This document shows positions 37,440 to 47,843 of a stretch of 64,000 bases of DNA, in pieces. The DNA is from an archaeon (lineage in GTDB: Archaea > Asgardarchaeota > Thorarchaeia > Thorarchaeales > Thorarchaeaceae). The stretch is taken from the NCBI GenBank assembly GCA_024276825.1, contig JAJRWI010000053.1, positions 1-64,000 of the forward strand, given 5' to 3'. The position numbers were made by a program, and so were the translations under genes. The notes under the pieces were generated by a model, which saw only the letters and a program-made list of their open reading frames with translations, was not told where the DNA came from and did no database searches. How positions within the stretch are numbered: the first letter of the stretch is position 1; each line of letters opens with the position of its first letter.

Positions 37440-40379
37440 CTATATATCGCCAGCTTCTTCCTGAAGTGATAGTAGAATCTTATCAATCTCAGTTGTTGCA
37501 CGCTTGATTGTCTTAAGAAAGTCCTCTCGGGTGCGTTCGAATGCCACACGACTAATCTTCTGCTTTTTCTTCCTGATAAGCAGTTGGCGAAGACCAGCTT
37601 TGGCACCTTCGATGCGCTCCTCCTGAAGCTCAAGATGGGCTATCATATCGCGGTACCGTGATCCATAGCGCATCAATTCGTCCTTAAGAGAGGGTAGCTT
37701 TGATTCAATCTCTTGAAGTTGCCTCTTGATGTCTTTTTCACGAATCATATACTCACGTTTTTTGATCTTGCCCCGTCGGCGAGAGGTGTCAAGTTTCTCG
37801 AGGTCCATGTTCAATGCTACCTTCTTAGAGTAGAGAGTTGCAAACTCTTTCAACAGACTTGGAGGGGCAGACACTCTCTTTGCAGGAGTTGAAGCATCAC
37901 TAACTGGAGTTGTTATTGTAGCTTCTTCAATCTCGACCTTTCGAATTGAAACGTAAGCAGCGGCTATCAGACCGATAATCACTGCAAACGCCATGGGTCG
38001 TGCAACAATTCCAGATGCGAGTGAGTATGTCAGTAATATTTCAGCAGGGTTCATCGAAGTAGTGTTATAGACAATGTATTGGAAAGTGTTGTCAAACACA
38101 CCATAGAGTAAACGATAGTTGTCAGATATCTGATTCACACTGACAGAGATTGGTACGACGATGTCAATGGTGTGTTTCTGAACGAGAAGGTTGTCCATAG
38201 TACTTTGTGGAAACTTAATTGTATTGCCAGTCTGATAATGGTCTATCTGTAAGTCGAATTCAATAAAGAATGTGTATTTGTAATGAGGGTATAGTCCATC
38301 ATCACCAAAACGGTCCGACTTTAGATTTATGATGAGATTTGCGGTTTCATTGAAGAGTCGTTCCGATGATGGCATTGAACGTGCGAGTATTCCAACCTGA
38401 TCGTAAACAACAATGTTAGTTGTGTACGCGGGGATGTCATACTTCATTGTGAGTTCTTTTGCTGGGCCTATATTGTTCAGTGAAACTTCTTCATAATAGT
38501 GAATCCAGCCCCAAGGGTCAATAGTAATTCTTGTGAGCTTGTTTGCAACAATCAAGGGCGTGAAAGACTCCATTGTTGTGGAGAACTCTTCCACTGTCAT
38601 TGGTGCAACATTTTCTTTCTGTACTTCTGGAAGGGATCCTGTCATCCTGTCGCCGCTTCTGAATTCCATTCCAAAACTGAATGAGTGGATAGTGTATGGA
38701 AGAACTGGATACTTCAGAAAACGGATCTCGTACCCCTCGTTTTCAAAATCAATCAGTTGATGTAATGAGTGCATGTAGAAATGGGTAGTGAATGAGTATC
38801 TTGCTTGAAATCCTACAGGCTCTGCGAAATAAACCCGCCAATGCATGAAGTCATTGTAGTCTGGAAGTCTTTCAATTTGCAGTTCAACATCATCGTCATC
38901 AATCGCCGTAAGCGATAAGAAATACGATGACCATTTCATTGGCAGAAATACATCAATTGCATTAATTGGAACAGACCCATTATTACGGATTGTGAACATA
39001 TCACGGACATCAGTAGAGTGATAGGTCTGCGTATGTATCTCGCGCTTAATCGTCAGCTTCATCCCATTTAATGGTTGGAACGGGTAATCTATGGTCACAT
39101 TCACAAAAGTGACAGAGGTGCGATTGGAGGGGTCTGTTGCATTGAACCAAATTGTATGAGGGCCGGTTTCATAACTTGAAAGGTCTAAGCTCTCTACCCA
39201 CAGATCACTCTTGAAATCATAAAATATTTCTGTCCAGTCCTCATCATCGAACTTGTACCATACCCTTCTCACTAATGTGTTATCAGTAGCATTGAGTTTC
39301 AATGTGGTGACAATGCCAATGGTTGAGTCTTGTTCAGGACTTTCAACAATTAGTGTTGGGGGTGCATTGGGGACAAGTTGCATCATAAGGGGAGTCGACC
39401 AGGGAGTGTGATGAACAGGCAGTTCATTGAATGCATCATTTTGGCCGAATAGTAGAATCATTGGATACTGGAGAGTTGTCGAGTTTGTGAGAGCAATGTC
39501 TTGAAGGTCTGTGCTGTTCAGTCTGATAATATATTCAATTTGGGTTGTAAGACCGTCATCAGTTGCATTTGCCTCCACCACGCGAGTCTGATTGGTATCG
39601 TCAATGTAAGTGAATGTACCTGTTCCAAAGCCTTCGCGGTATTCAATTCTGCTTGCATCTGCAGGGTTGTCATGATTGCCGTTAATTCGGAGTAGCGTAA
39701 TCTCATATTCAAGATCATAGCCATAGAAGGGATGGTCCTTGGAGTTGTAAGCATATTCAGCGGGGATTATAAAATGACGGACTTCTCCTACTCGCATTCC
39801 AATTATTGCCTCTTTGAACTTCTCGAGAAGCTTCTCGTCATTGAGAGGGGTGGTTGATGTGATGTCAGGGATGTTTCCCTCTTCAATAACTGTTCCATTT
39901 CTGAGAGAGAGAACATAGTGCACTGTGACTGCCTCTTCTCCCGTGACCCTTTCGATTGTGGTGTGTGGAGTGCCAGGAGCAAATCCATAGATGATATCAC
40001 TCTGGTTTAAACCCGAGTCAGTAAAAACACCTGTCGAGTTCTTCCAGCTGAGAGCAATCCATCCTGACGTGGGTGCTGACAGGCCCACGTACAACATTGT
40101 TGAATTATGTTCCATATACACGGTGATACCAGTGATTGGGTCTGTATAATTATAGGCATATTCCCAAGGGTCGATTATACCATCAGCAAAGCCATAATGC
40201 TTGTCTACGTATGGAATGGATAGATTCAAGGATGACTCAGACAAAGACTGTATAGGCTTTGCAGCATCAGGTGTGGTTTGTGCATTAAACGTTGTTTCGG
40301 GGGTTGTCACCATCACACCACTAACCAAGAGTAGTGTCAGTAATGTGAGGGTTGTCATTCGTCTCTGTAACAGACTCAA
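37440..40379 (-). CDS. Ribophorin-I-like protein with N-terminal DOMON-like, FKBP and Ig-like domains
   Basis: Signal peptide; FKBP signature VTVHY..EAIIGMRVGE.R..IPAEYAY..L.YEI.LL.I; ribophorin-like RITIDPWG.I...E...L.N.G and VYDQVG; one TM; coiled-coil tail; many N-X-S/T sequons. Confidence 0.75.
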   Translation of the reverse strand: MSLLQRRMTTLTLLTLLLVSGVMVTTPETTFNAQTTPDAAKPIQSLSESSLNLSIPYVDKHYGFADGIIDPWEYAYNYTDPITGITVYMEHNSTMLYVGLSAPTSGWIALSWKNSTGVFTDSGLNQSDIIYGFAPGTPHTTIERVTGEEAVTVHYVLSLRNGTVIEEGNIPDITSTTPLNDEKLLEKFKEAIIGMRVGEVRHFIIPAEYAYNSKDHPFYGYDLEYEITLLRINGNHDNPADASRIEYREGFGTGTFTYIDDTNQTRVVEANATDDGLTTQIEYIIRLNSTDLQDIALTNSTTLQYPMILLFGQNDAFNELPVHHTPWSTPLMMQLVPNAPPTLIVESPEQDSTIGIVTTLKLNATDNTLVRRVWYKFDDEDWTEIFYDFKSDLWVESLDLSSYETGPHTIWFNATDPSNRTSVTFVNVTIDYPFQPLNGMKLTIKREIHTQTYHSTDVRDMFTIRNNGSVPINAIDVFLPMKWSSYFLSLTAIDDDDVELQIERLPDYNDFMHWRVYFAEPVGFQARYSFTTHFYMHSLHQLIDFENEGYEIRFLKYPVLPYTIHSFSFGMEFRSGDRMTGSLPEVQKENVAPMTVEEFSTTMESFTPLIVANKLTRITIDPWGWIHYYEEVSLNNIGPAKELTMKYDIPAYTTNIVVYDQVGILARSMPSSERLFNETANLIINLKSDRFGDDGLYPHYKYTFFIEFDLQIDHYQTGNTIKFPQSTMDNLLVQKHTIDIVVPISVSVNQISDNYRLLYGVFDNTFQYIVYNTTSMNPAEILLTYSLASGIVARPMAFAVIIGLIAAAYVSIRKVEIEEATITTPVSDASTPAKRVSAPPSLLKEFATLYSKKVALNMDLEKLDTSRRRGKIKKREYMIREKDIKRQLQEIESKLPSLKDELMRYGSRYRDMIAHLELQEERIEGAKAGLRQLLIRKKKQKISRVAFERTREDFLKTIKRATTEIDKILLSLQEEAGDI

Positions 40380-40572
40380 TATGAATCACCAGTGCTCTAC
40401 GGATTTCGCGTCAACTATGGAACTGTGTGCTCCGCGAACGTTCCGCTTCAACATCTAGACTGTTAAAATAGTTTCTGTCGTACAACGCACGCACCAACAT
40501 GTAGAAAACGAGATTTGTCCATCGAAAAGTGTAAAATGGAGTGAAAATGCATACAGGTCAGGTGAGTATACA

Positions 40573-41592
40573 TTGATCCAGATCATTCTTGCCCTCATAA
40601 TCTCTTTCATTGCGGTGTTTTCTATATTGCCCGCAGCAATCAGAATGCTTAAGGCCAGAGGAATTTGTGGGGTCGATGTCCATAAGCCCAACAAGCCCTC
40701 AATTCCAAAGGGAGGAGGGTTTGTCCTACTGTTCGCAATAGTCACAACTCTTCTGGTAATAATTGGAGCGACCACATTCATTGAACATGGACAGGTGAAT
40801 ATTGGGCTGCTTGCATCTCTGGTTTCAATCTTGATGGCAGGAATGATTGGGCTGCTTGATGACAATCTTGACTTTAGTAATCGAATAAAGATCATAATGC
40901 CCATGCTCGCATCAATTCCAATGATGGCACTGAATGTGGGAACCACAACAATGTCAATACCATTAATTGGGACTTTTGACTTGGGAATCATTTATCCCTT
41001 GATAGTCATCCCATTGATGATGACATTCATCATTGACTCTACAAACATGTACGGGGGAATGAACGGACTAGAAGCGGGTTTGGTGTGCATAAACTCATCT
41101 GCGATCATCATCTATCTGGTGGCTAAGCCCCTTCTGAATATAGACACAATTGCTCAAAATGAGATGGATGCTGCGATAGTGGCTGCTGCCCTACTTGGTG
41201 CTTCACTTGCATTTTTGTGGTTCAACAAGTATCCAGCCAAGGTCTTGCCAGGTGATGTAGGAAGACTACCGATGGGGGCCACCATAGCAGCATCGCTCAT
41301 TCTTGGAAACATGGACCGCATGGCAATTATCATGTACATACCCTTCTTGATTAACTTCATCATGTATTTGCTATACAGAATTTATGTCAAGAAGAAAGGC
41401 ATCGAGTATGTCAAATTCGCCACTCCGAGGGATGATGGTACATTGGAAGTTGTCGGACCATTCACCATGTATTGGCTATTCCCATATCTCTCAAAGAAGA
41501 TTACCGAGAAAAAGAACGTGATTATTCTGATACTGATTCAGGCGATTATTGCCTATACTGCGGTTGCATATCTTCTACTGTTCATGAAGTGA
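40573..41592 (+). CDS. UDP-GlcNAc:dolichyl-phosphate GlcNAc-1-P transferase (AglH/Alg7/DPAGT1-like)
   Basis: G.DVHK...IP..GG, GLLDD, N..GGMNGLEAG, FNKYPAKV.PGD.G. Confidence 0.88.
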   Translation: MIQIILALIISFIAVFSILPAAIRMLKARGICGVDVHKPNKPSIPKGGGFVLLFAIVTTLLVIIGATTFIEHGQVNIGLLASLVSILMAGMIGLLDDNLDFSNRIKIIMPMLASIPMMALNVGTTTMSIPLIGTFDLGIIYPLIVIPLMMTFIIDSTNMYGGMNGLEAGLVCINSSAIIIYLVAKPLLNIDTIAQNEMDAAIVAAALLGASLAFLWFNKYPAKVLPGDVGRLPMGATIAASLILGNMDRMAIIMYIPFLINFIMYLLYRIYVKKKGIEYVKFATPRDDGTLEVVGPFTMYWLFPYLSKKITEKKNVIILILIQAIIAYTAVAYLLLFMK

Positions 41593-41593
41593 T

Positions 41594-42643
41594 TCAGGGC
41601 AGTTTGTCAGCAAGGTATGTGTCCACAACATAGTCAATTCCGTATCTACTAAATGCCTGTTGTTCAGCCTTCATTCGAATGTCCTTGAATGCATTAATAT
41701 GATGTAACCATTCAGAACTATTGTAGCGGACATCATTTTTTAGCTCGTCAAGACGTTTGAGGTCTGCATTTGTCATTGGTTCTGAAGGTAGTGAGTATGA
41801 AACAATATCGTCAGCAGTGACTCCCATCCATTTGGCAGTTGGAACCGTCAGCTCGCGTATATGTGCAGAGTTTGCGCTGCCTGACATGATTACTCGTGCA
41901 ATATGCATTCCCCAGGGGTCACCATCAGTAAAGATGTACACTGGAAGGTCCAGAGTCTTGTGAAGTCTTCGTATCAACCTACGAGTCGCACGCGGTGGTT
42001 GGCCGCCCAATTGAACTAGGACCGCATTGAATCGTTCCCATGCACGAGTTTCTATTAGTCTGGAGAACATGCCACCAGATTCAACTGCTAGGATTAACTC
42101 GGCCTTACAGTCAAGTGGTTCTGCAGTCATTAAGGCGGGACCAATAGGAAGACCGTCAGGGCTGATTGTCAGGTCCACAGTCTTCCCCTCATAGCCCTTT
42201 ACTGTGTACTGCATTGTCACACGACCAAATATGGAGGATCGTTCCTCAGGAAAAATCCCGAACTCCTCTCTTGGAAGTCCCGTCAGACACTCGAGGTCTC
42301 CCACAATGCGGTCAGACTCGGCTTGATCTGCAAACTCAATGTCAAATGCCTCACTGGAGTAGTAGAGATCTCGTAGTGAACTGGTACGATTGTTCTTGAG
42401 AAGTTCTTTTGCAAATGATGCCACCCAGACCAATTGAGCAAAACTCTTGACATGGCGAATGTTACTTGAGTCGCGCCTTACGCTTGTCGGTCCTATGACA
42501 TACTCCTGCTCGTCAGTATCGAAGATTATGTTGCCAGTTCGTCTGTCTGGAATGTCGAATACGGGAAACCTGCCAGCCATTATTGATTCTACTATGTCTT
42601 GACCAATACGGGTTAATGCATCAATTGATGTTCCTTTGGACAT
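41594..42643 (-). CDS. top6A: DNA topoisomerase VI subunit A
   Basis: LRDLYY, F..Q.ESD, E..G, G.P.RATR, DGDPWG, KAEQQA. Confidence 0.95.
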   Translation of the reverse strand: MSKGTSIDALTRIGQDIVESIMAGRFPVFDIPDRRTGNIIFDTDEQEYVIGPTSVRRDSSNIRHVKSFAQLVWVASFAKELLKNNRTSSLRDLYYSSEAFDIEFADQAESDRIVGDLECLTGLPREEFGIFPEERSSIFGRVTMQYTVKGYEGKTVDLTISPDGLPIGPALMTAEPLDCKAELILAVESGGMFSRLIETRAWERFNAVLVQLGGQPPRATRRLIRRLHKTLDLPVYIFTDGDPWGMHIARVIMSGSANSAHIRELTVPTAKWMGVTADDIVSYSLPSEPMTNADLKRLDELKNDVRYNSSEWLHHINAFKDIRMKAEQQAFSRYGIDYVVDTYLADKLP

Positions 42644-42644
42644 A

Positions 42645-44150
42645 TCATTTCACCTCAAAGAGAGACTCTACAAGCTTGGATGTGTCAGGAGTAGTCTCAA
42701 CACTTGCTAAAAGGGCACCATATCTTGCTATTAATCTGAAGTATTTTGAGAACTCTCGCATCTTCCTCGCATTACGCTTTGACCGCCTTATGCTAGATGA
42801 TTCTCTTTTTATCGCTCTTCCGAGGGTCTTGAAGAGAAGCTCTGCCTCTGACTGAATTGCAGGGATTGCTGCGATTGACTGTTTACCGGCTTCCCTGTAG
42901 GGAATTCTTGTAGAACACAGGTTTACAAACAGTAGCACTTGAGAGTTAGTATCCACACCATATCTATTCCAGTTGATCCGTTTCATTGCCAATGTGAGAA
43001 CATCATCACTGGCATCATAAAGCAAAGGCACCTTGTTTGCAAAGCGGATTAGAGAGGGGTTTTCAGCAGGGGTCGAGTCTGTTATTACTACCGCGCCTTC
43101 AAGAATTGTAGGATGCCCATTCCACTCAAATGGACCCCGGATTTCATACTTGATGGATGCAGAGGGATATAGTCTGTTCAGAGCCTCCATAAGAGAGTCT
43201 TTGCCAATTGGACTTAAACACTGGCTCTCGGGTTTGTCAAAACCATTATAATTACGGAGGGCGTTACTGATTCGAACTATCTCATCACGAGTCAGTGATT
43301 CAGTCGTGCGATTGGGATTAAGTGAGAGAAAATGCAGAAAGCGTGTCGCTGTTTTTGTGCCACACTTTTGAAATGTGTCCACGAGAAATGCTTTGAGAGT
43401 CATTGAGTTGTTGTTAGAGATCAAATGATGCAATAACTCGATATCGGCTGATCGGGGATGGGGTCTAGATATTCTGGGAGGAGTTGGAATCATTTTCGAA
43501 TATCTACCAAACTGGATTGGTGGATTGTCATCTATTAGGAGGGTTATTTGAGCATGAGGAGTGGACACCGATGTAAGACGAAGATATTCTGTAATCCTTA
43601 GTTTGGACCGCTTGAGGTCCCCACGTATCTTTAGGGTGACTTTGGTCCCAATTGAGTGCGATGAATTGGGACCGCTATACTCTATTATAGGAGTGTTGTT
43701 CTTTATGTCTACAAGAAGTCTGAATTCATTGGCTTCACCTTGACCATGTTTTGTGATAATTGTTGCTGGGTAATTAGTGGTCAATTGGCCATAAAGAACC
43801 GCCATTGTCACTCCAAGACCAAAGGTGCCTCGTTTGTGGCGAAGTCCATACTTGCTACCGAATAGTACTTTCCCAAATGCTTCTGGAACAAACTGGTATG
43901 GCATTCCAGGGCCATTGTCTGACACCTCAATTAGCAAGAGGTCGGATGACTCCCTACGAATAATGACATTGATTTCGGGCAGGATTTTGGCATCTTCACA
44001 GGCATCAAGACTGTTTTCAACAAGTTCTCTGATTGTGGAGTACACTGCCTGAGTAGGATTTCCAAATCCCACCATTTGTCTGTTTCTGTAAAAGAACTCG
44101 GCTACTGAGATGCTAGTGAATTCAGTGCCCACTAATGAAGCTTCGGTCAT
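42645..44150 (-). CDS. top6B: DNA topoisomerase VI subunit B
   Basis: SVAEFF, ELVENSLDA, DNGPG, RG..GLG, RFANKVPL. Confidence 0.95.
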   Translation of the reverse strand: MTEASLVGTEFTSISVAEFFYRNRQMVGFGNPTQAVYSTIRELVENSLDACEDAKILPEINVIIRRESSDLLLIEVSDNGPGMPYQFVPEAFGKVLFGSKYGLRHKRGTFGLGVTMAVLYGQLTTNYPATIITKHGQGEANEFRLLVDIKNNTPIIEYSGPNSSHSIGTKVTLKIRGDLKRSKLRITEYLRLTSVSTPHAQITLLIDDNPPIQFGRYSKMIPTPPRISRPHPRSADIELLHHLISNNNSMTLKAFLVDTFQKCGTKTATRFLHFLSLNPNRTTESLTRDEIVRISNALRNYNGFDKPESQCLSPIGKDSLMEALNRLYPSASIKYEIRGPFEWNGHPTILEGAVVITDSTPAENPSLIRFANKVPLLYDASDDVLTLAMKRINWNRYGVDTNSQVLLFVNLCSTRIPYREAGKQSIAAIPAIQSEAELLFKTLGRAIKRESSSIRRSKRNARKMREFSKYFRLIARYGALLASVETTPDTSKLVESLFEVK

Positions 44151-44304
44151 TCTACTCCATCTTCAGAGTAGTGCATATTACGATATTAGAGCGGGTATTA
44201 CATAAAGTTTGGATAAGATAGATTCGCTAAATTTGGTCATAATGATAACAAATGACAATGCCGAGTGTTATTGACCAAGTATAGCAAGTCATTATGCAGT
44301 CTTT

Positions 44305-44871
44305 CTAGTAGAAGTCAGATTCCCAGATCTCAGCCTTTCTTCTGTTCAGTTCGCGACGCATCCGCTCAAGCCACGAGTACACAGTACTGTGGGGGGCACC
44401 ATTGATCAACATCTGAACAGCTCGTTGTGCATATTCTAATCCGGGGTCAGTGCCAATTATTGATACTGTTTTCCCATAGACTGAAACAAGAGTTTCTGTA
44501 GTCTGCTCAATCACTCTTCGGGTCCGTCCATTCATTCCGATTATGCGGCCAGCAACCCGTTTCTGTTGATTTGGTGAGTTTCCAACAATCTCTCTGAGCG
44601 AGATCACAATAAGGCGGGCATCTTCGTCTATTAGTGTCAATGCATTCTTTGGGCTAAAGCCGCGGGCTATTGCCTTGACTATGTCCCGTGCTTTCCATGC
44701 AAGGACAGGGTCTTCTGTGTCTAGGGGGTTTGTTATTGTGACAACTCCGCTGGAGTCTATTGTCAGTATAGTGTTTGTCAGTTTTTCAATCCTTCTCTTG
44801 ACTCGGCCCTTGTGTCCAACAATGACTCCAACTCTTTCTGCTGGAACCCTAATGGTTTCACGATAAAGCAT
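44305..44871 (-). CDS. Pre-rRNA processing KH protein Dim2/Pno1
   Basis: RVGVIVG..G, AIARGFSP, GRIIG..G.TR, GAPH..VY. Confidence 0.93.
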   Translation of the reverse strand: MLYRETIRVPAERVGVIVGHKGRVKRRIEKLTNTILTIDSSGVVTITNPLDTEDPVLAWKARDIVKAIARGFSPKNALTLIDEDARLIVISLREIVGNSPNQQKRVAGRIIGMNGRTRRVIEQTTETLVSVYGKTVSIIGTDPGLEYAQRAVQMLINGAPHSTVYSWLERMRRELNRRKAEIWESDFY

Positions 44872-44873
44872 CT

Positions 44874-45662
44874 TTATTCACTCTCACCTACAGACAGGAT
44901 ATGTTCGGTGATTATTTTGGGATCTTCGGTTTCAACTCCAAGTCTTCTGAAATAGTTAGCCACATTTTTAATATCGCGAAATAGATATCGCTTTGCTTTC
45001 TCATGTGACTTCAATACTGCCTGTGATACATCAATGAATATTGGTTCATCAAGCCAGAGTATGTTGAACTCGCTAAGGTCTGCATGGACTAACTCTGCCT
45101 TAGTATATCCAAGTTCTATCATCTCAATAATCTGGTTAAATGTTTCCACAGGGGAAGGAATTTTCACCTGACGAATCAATGGGGCGGGTAATTTACTCTC
45201 TATGTTTCCAATGAACTCCATCACGAGAACATTTCTTTCAATAGCTAATGGTTTAGGGACCCGCACACCAACATCATAGTACCTCTTTAGATTCAGGTAC
45301 TCCTTGCGTGCCCAGAGTGGAATGAGAGCTCTACTCCGCCTTTTCACTCTTCTAAATCTAGGGTCTCCTTGAATGTATTCTAGCATGAAGTCAGTTTCAG
45401 CAGTGGTCATCCGATATATCTTAACCGCAAGGGGATATCCATCTTGGTCTTCGCCGCGGTAGACATTGGCTTCTTTTCCAGTGCTAATTGCCCCAAACAG
45501 ACGTGAGATTACGCCCTTGTTGAGAAGCCTGTATAATATTTTGAGTGTAGGTGGATCTATTACTCCCTCTACTACTTTGAAGTCGTCTATATCTTTGCGT
45601 CGCATCTTTCGGCTTTCAAGCTTAGAGTCAATGAGTCTACGCTTAGTATCAACACGTTTCAT
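44874..45662 (-). CDS. rio1: RIO1 kinase
   Basis: ISTGKEANVY, AVKIY, LVHADLSEFN, IDVSQAV. Confidence 0.95.
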   Translation of the reverse strand: MKRVDTKRRLIDSKLESRKMRRKDIDDFKVVEGVIDPPTLKILYRLLNKGVISRLFGAISTGKEANVYRGEDQDGYPLAVKIYRMTTAETDFMLEYIQGDPRFRRVKRRSRALIPLWARKEYLNLKRYYDVGVRVPKPLAIERNVLVMEFIGNIESKLPAPLIRQVKIPSPVETFNQIIEMIELGYTKAELVHADLSEFNILWLDEPIFIDVSQAVLKSHEKAKRYLFRDIKNVANYFRRLGVETEDPKIITEHILSVGESE

Positions 45663-45738
45663 GGTCTAAAGATCACACTTCCCCATACACGATTACTGGA
45701 GTTTAATTAGTCTAATGTGAAGTATTAGCAGGTTACAG

Positions 45739-46083
45739 TTAAAACATTTTTAGGATTCCACGTTTCTGAAGCCAGTCGAGTTCATTACCGCGATAGCGAT
45801 GAACCACATCGCATTTTTGATCCTCTTGAAAGTCCCATGGAACAATCAGCACAGTATCACCAATCCTCATCCAGACCCGCTTCTTCATCCGCCCAGGGAT
45901 ACGTCCCACACGAATATTGCCATCCTCACATCTCACACGAACACGATCGTAACCTAACATTTGAATTATGATTCCGAACATCTCGCCCTCATCAGGGTTT
46001 GGAACCCTGACTCGGACTGGTTCATCCCCTGTTTGTGGGGCCCGTTGACCTCGTCCTTTCCCTTTTCGAACCAAAATAATCAT
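45739..46083 (-). CDS. eif1a: Translation initiation factor aIF-1A
   Basis: LG..R..V.C.DG..R.GRIPG.MKKRVW...GD.V.I.PWDFQ. Confidence 0.96.
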   Translation of the reverse strand: MIILVRKGKGRGQRAPQTGDEPVRVRVPNPDEGEMFGIIIQMLGYDRVRVRCEDGNIRVGRIPGRMKKRVWMRIGDTVLIVPWDFQEDQKCDVVHRYRGNELDWLQKRGILKMF

Positions 46084-46242
46084 CCATTTTTAGCTAAACT
46101 CGATAAAATCTCGAGTCTTTGAATAGAAAGAGAAAATGACTGCATTTAAGCATTAGCTATTGACTGCTGTGAAACTGGCTGAAACTTGCTGAATCTGACT
46201 ATTCTCATTTAATAACTGAGTATTTTGGATTCAATGTATTTG

Positions 46243-47319
46243 TCACCTTGATACTGGAAGGTGACCAAATTCATCAAAGAATATCACTTCAATTGTATCG
46301 CCAGCCTGATATGAGTCGTTGATTATCTCGGAGTCCATCTCAATCATCTCGAATGACTCAGAATCCATCAGTTGAACAGGCTGACCATAGGCTCGAGAGA
46401 GTATCATGAAGCGCCTTTTGGAGGATGAAGGAGCCATGAATTGGATGGTTTGCCATTTGGAACTCTTCTGGTGAACTGTGAATTGAGAGCGGTCTTTCAG
46501 ATCATAACACGTCAGTCCGCTTTTTCCCATTGCATCAACTTGGCAAGGCCTTCCCACAACTATGATAAAGTCGCCCACGGTGTATTGGGGCAGACGTAGC
46601 ATTATTGTGACCCTGAATTTGTCCCTTCCACCCTTCTCTTGCCCCACTAGCTTGTAGTTCTCCTTGCGGCTTGCTAGAAATTGAGATTGTATCTCATCAG
46701 CAATCTTTCTACAGAGGTGCTCTGAGCCAATCCAAAAATCAATCCCATATTTGTCACGGGATATTCCACTCACAAAGGCATGAACATCTTTAGGATGTTC
46801 TTGGATAGTCATGTGTTCAACAATCTCAGATATTTGATCCTCCTCTCGTTCTGTCACCGGACGGTTGTCAGCTCTGATTTGCAGTATTGCTTCATAGTAT
46901 CCCCCACTCAATGATGAACAGCTGTTGCAAATGCCATAATTGACTCTTACCTCGACTTCATGAACTTCAGATTTCTTGGGAACCTGCACATGGGAAGACC
47001 CATAGACATCAATTGTGACGTTTATGACCCGATCACGAGCAACTACACTTGTGTATCCAACCTCATATGTCTTAATAGTCTGACTGATTGCGCTGTCAAG
47101 GAGGATTTTGAGCTGATGTTGTCTGACATCATCTGGTTCTACAACAGTGATTGGGAGTTGTTTCCACCCGCCGGGAATCTTTACAGCACCACACCGCTTG
47201 CATACGGTCATTTCAAGCCTATCTGGAAGTTCCACTAGGGGATATTCCTTGCGATAGCAATCTATGCAAAGACCATCAACAACCGACTCTTTGCCGCAGA
47301 GGTAACAGGGTGCTGGCAT
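46243..47319 (-). CDS. nmd3: Nmd3 ribosome biogenesis factor
   Basis: Four CxxC pairs, GYYEAILQIR, extended C-terminal domains. Confidence 0.92.
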   Translation of the reverse strand: MPAPCYLCGKESVVDGLCIDCYRKEYPLVELPDRLEMTVCKRCGAVKIPGGWKQLPITVVEPDDVRQHQLKILLDSAISQTIKTYEVGYTSVVARDRVINVTIDVYGSSHVQVPKKSEVHEVEVRVNYGICNSCSSLSGGYYEAILQIRADNRPVTEREEDQISEIVEHMTIQEHPKDVHAFVSGISRDKYGIDFWIGSEHLCRKIADEIQSQFLASRKENYKLVGQEKGGRDKFRVTIMLRLPQYTVGDFIIVVGRPCQVDAMGKSGLTCYDLKDRSQFTVHQKSSKWQTIQFMAPSSSKRRFMILSRAYGQPVQLMDSESFEMIEMDSEIINDSYQAGDTIEVIFFDEFGHLPVSR

Positions 47320-47422
47320 CTATATCAACTGGCCATTTTTATGCATGAGTCTTTAAAACATGAATGATTAGTGAAAAAGTCCTTCCATAACTCTTTTCTT
47401 GTTATGAATCCATATTCAGTTC

Positions 47423-47827
47423 ATGCCACGACGAAAAAGACACAGGATTGTTTCAAGAGAACCACCTGTGTCAATATTTAAGCCTGCAGGAATCCCAGCA
47501 AGAGAACTCAGAGAGATTCTGATCACAGTGGATGAGCTTGAGGCGATTCGTCTTGCAGATTATTTGCAGATGAGTCAGAGAAACGCAAGTGATGAGATGA
47601 AAATAAGCCAGCCTACGTTCAATAGGGTCCTTACCTCAGCCAGACGAAAGATAGCAACAGGTCTTGTTGAGGGATGTGTGCTCAGAATTGAGGGGGGTAG
47701 ATATGTGTTGGCTGATGGTACAGGCCATCTTGAGTGTGTGAACTGTGGAGAAACTGCAGCTACAACAGAGGGCTATGAACAACCATGTCCAAGGTGTGGA
47801 TCAACGGATTTCAAATGGACCAGATAG
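47423..47827 (+). CDS. DUF134 HTH protein with C-terminal zinc ribbon
   Basis: MPR, FKP.G.P, ELEAIRL.D, M.ISQPTF.R.L.SAR.K, IEGG, two CxxC. Confidence 0.9.
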   Translation: MPRRKRHRIVSREPPVSIFKPAGIPARELREILITVDELEAIRLADYLQMSQRNASDEMKISQPTFNRVLTSARRKIATGLVEGCVLRIEGGRYVLADGTGHLECVNCGETAATTEGYEQPCPRCGSTDFKWTR

Positions 47828-47843
47828 GAGTTGAAAAAATAAA

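Noticed and set aside
40801-40858. 13-bp repeat ATTGGGCTGCTTG in the GPT gene
   Set aside because: Same codons (IGLL) reused within a TM helix; no further copies seen.
44233-44278. TTGGTCA/TGACCAA inverted repeat as a C/D box sRNA
   Set aside because: Boxes are degenerate and spacers too short for guides.
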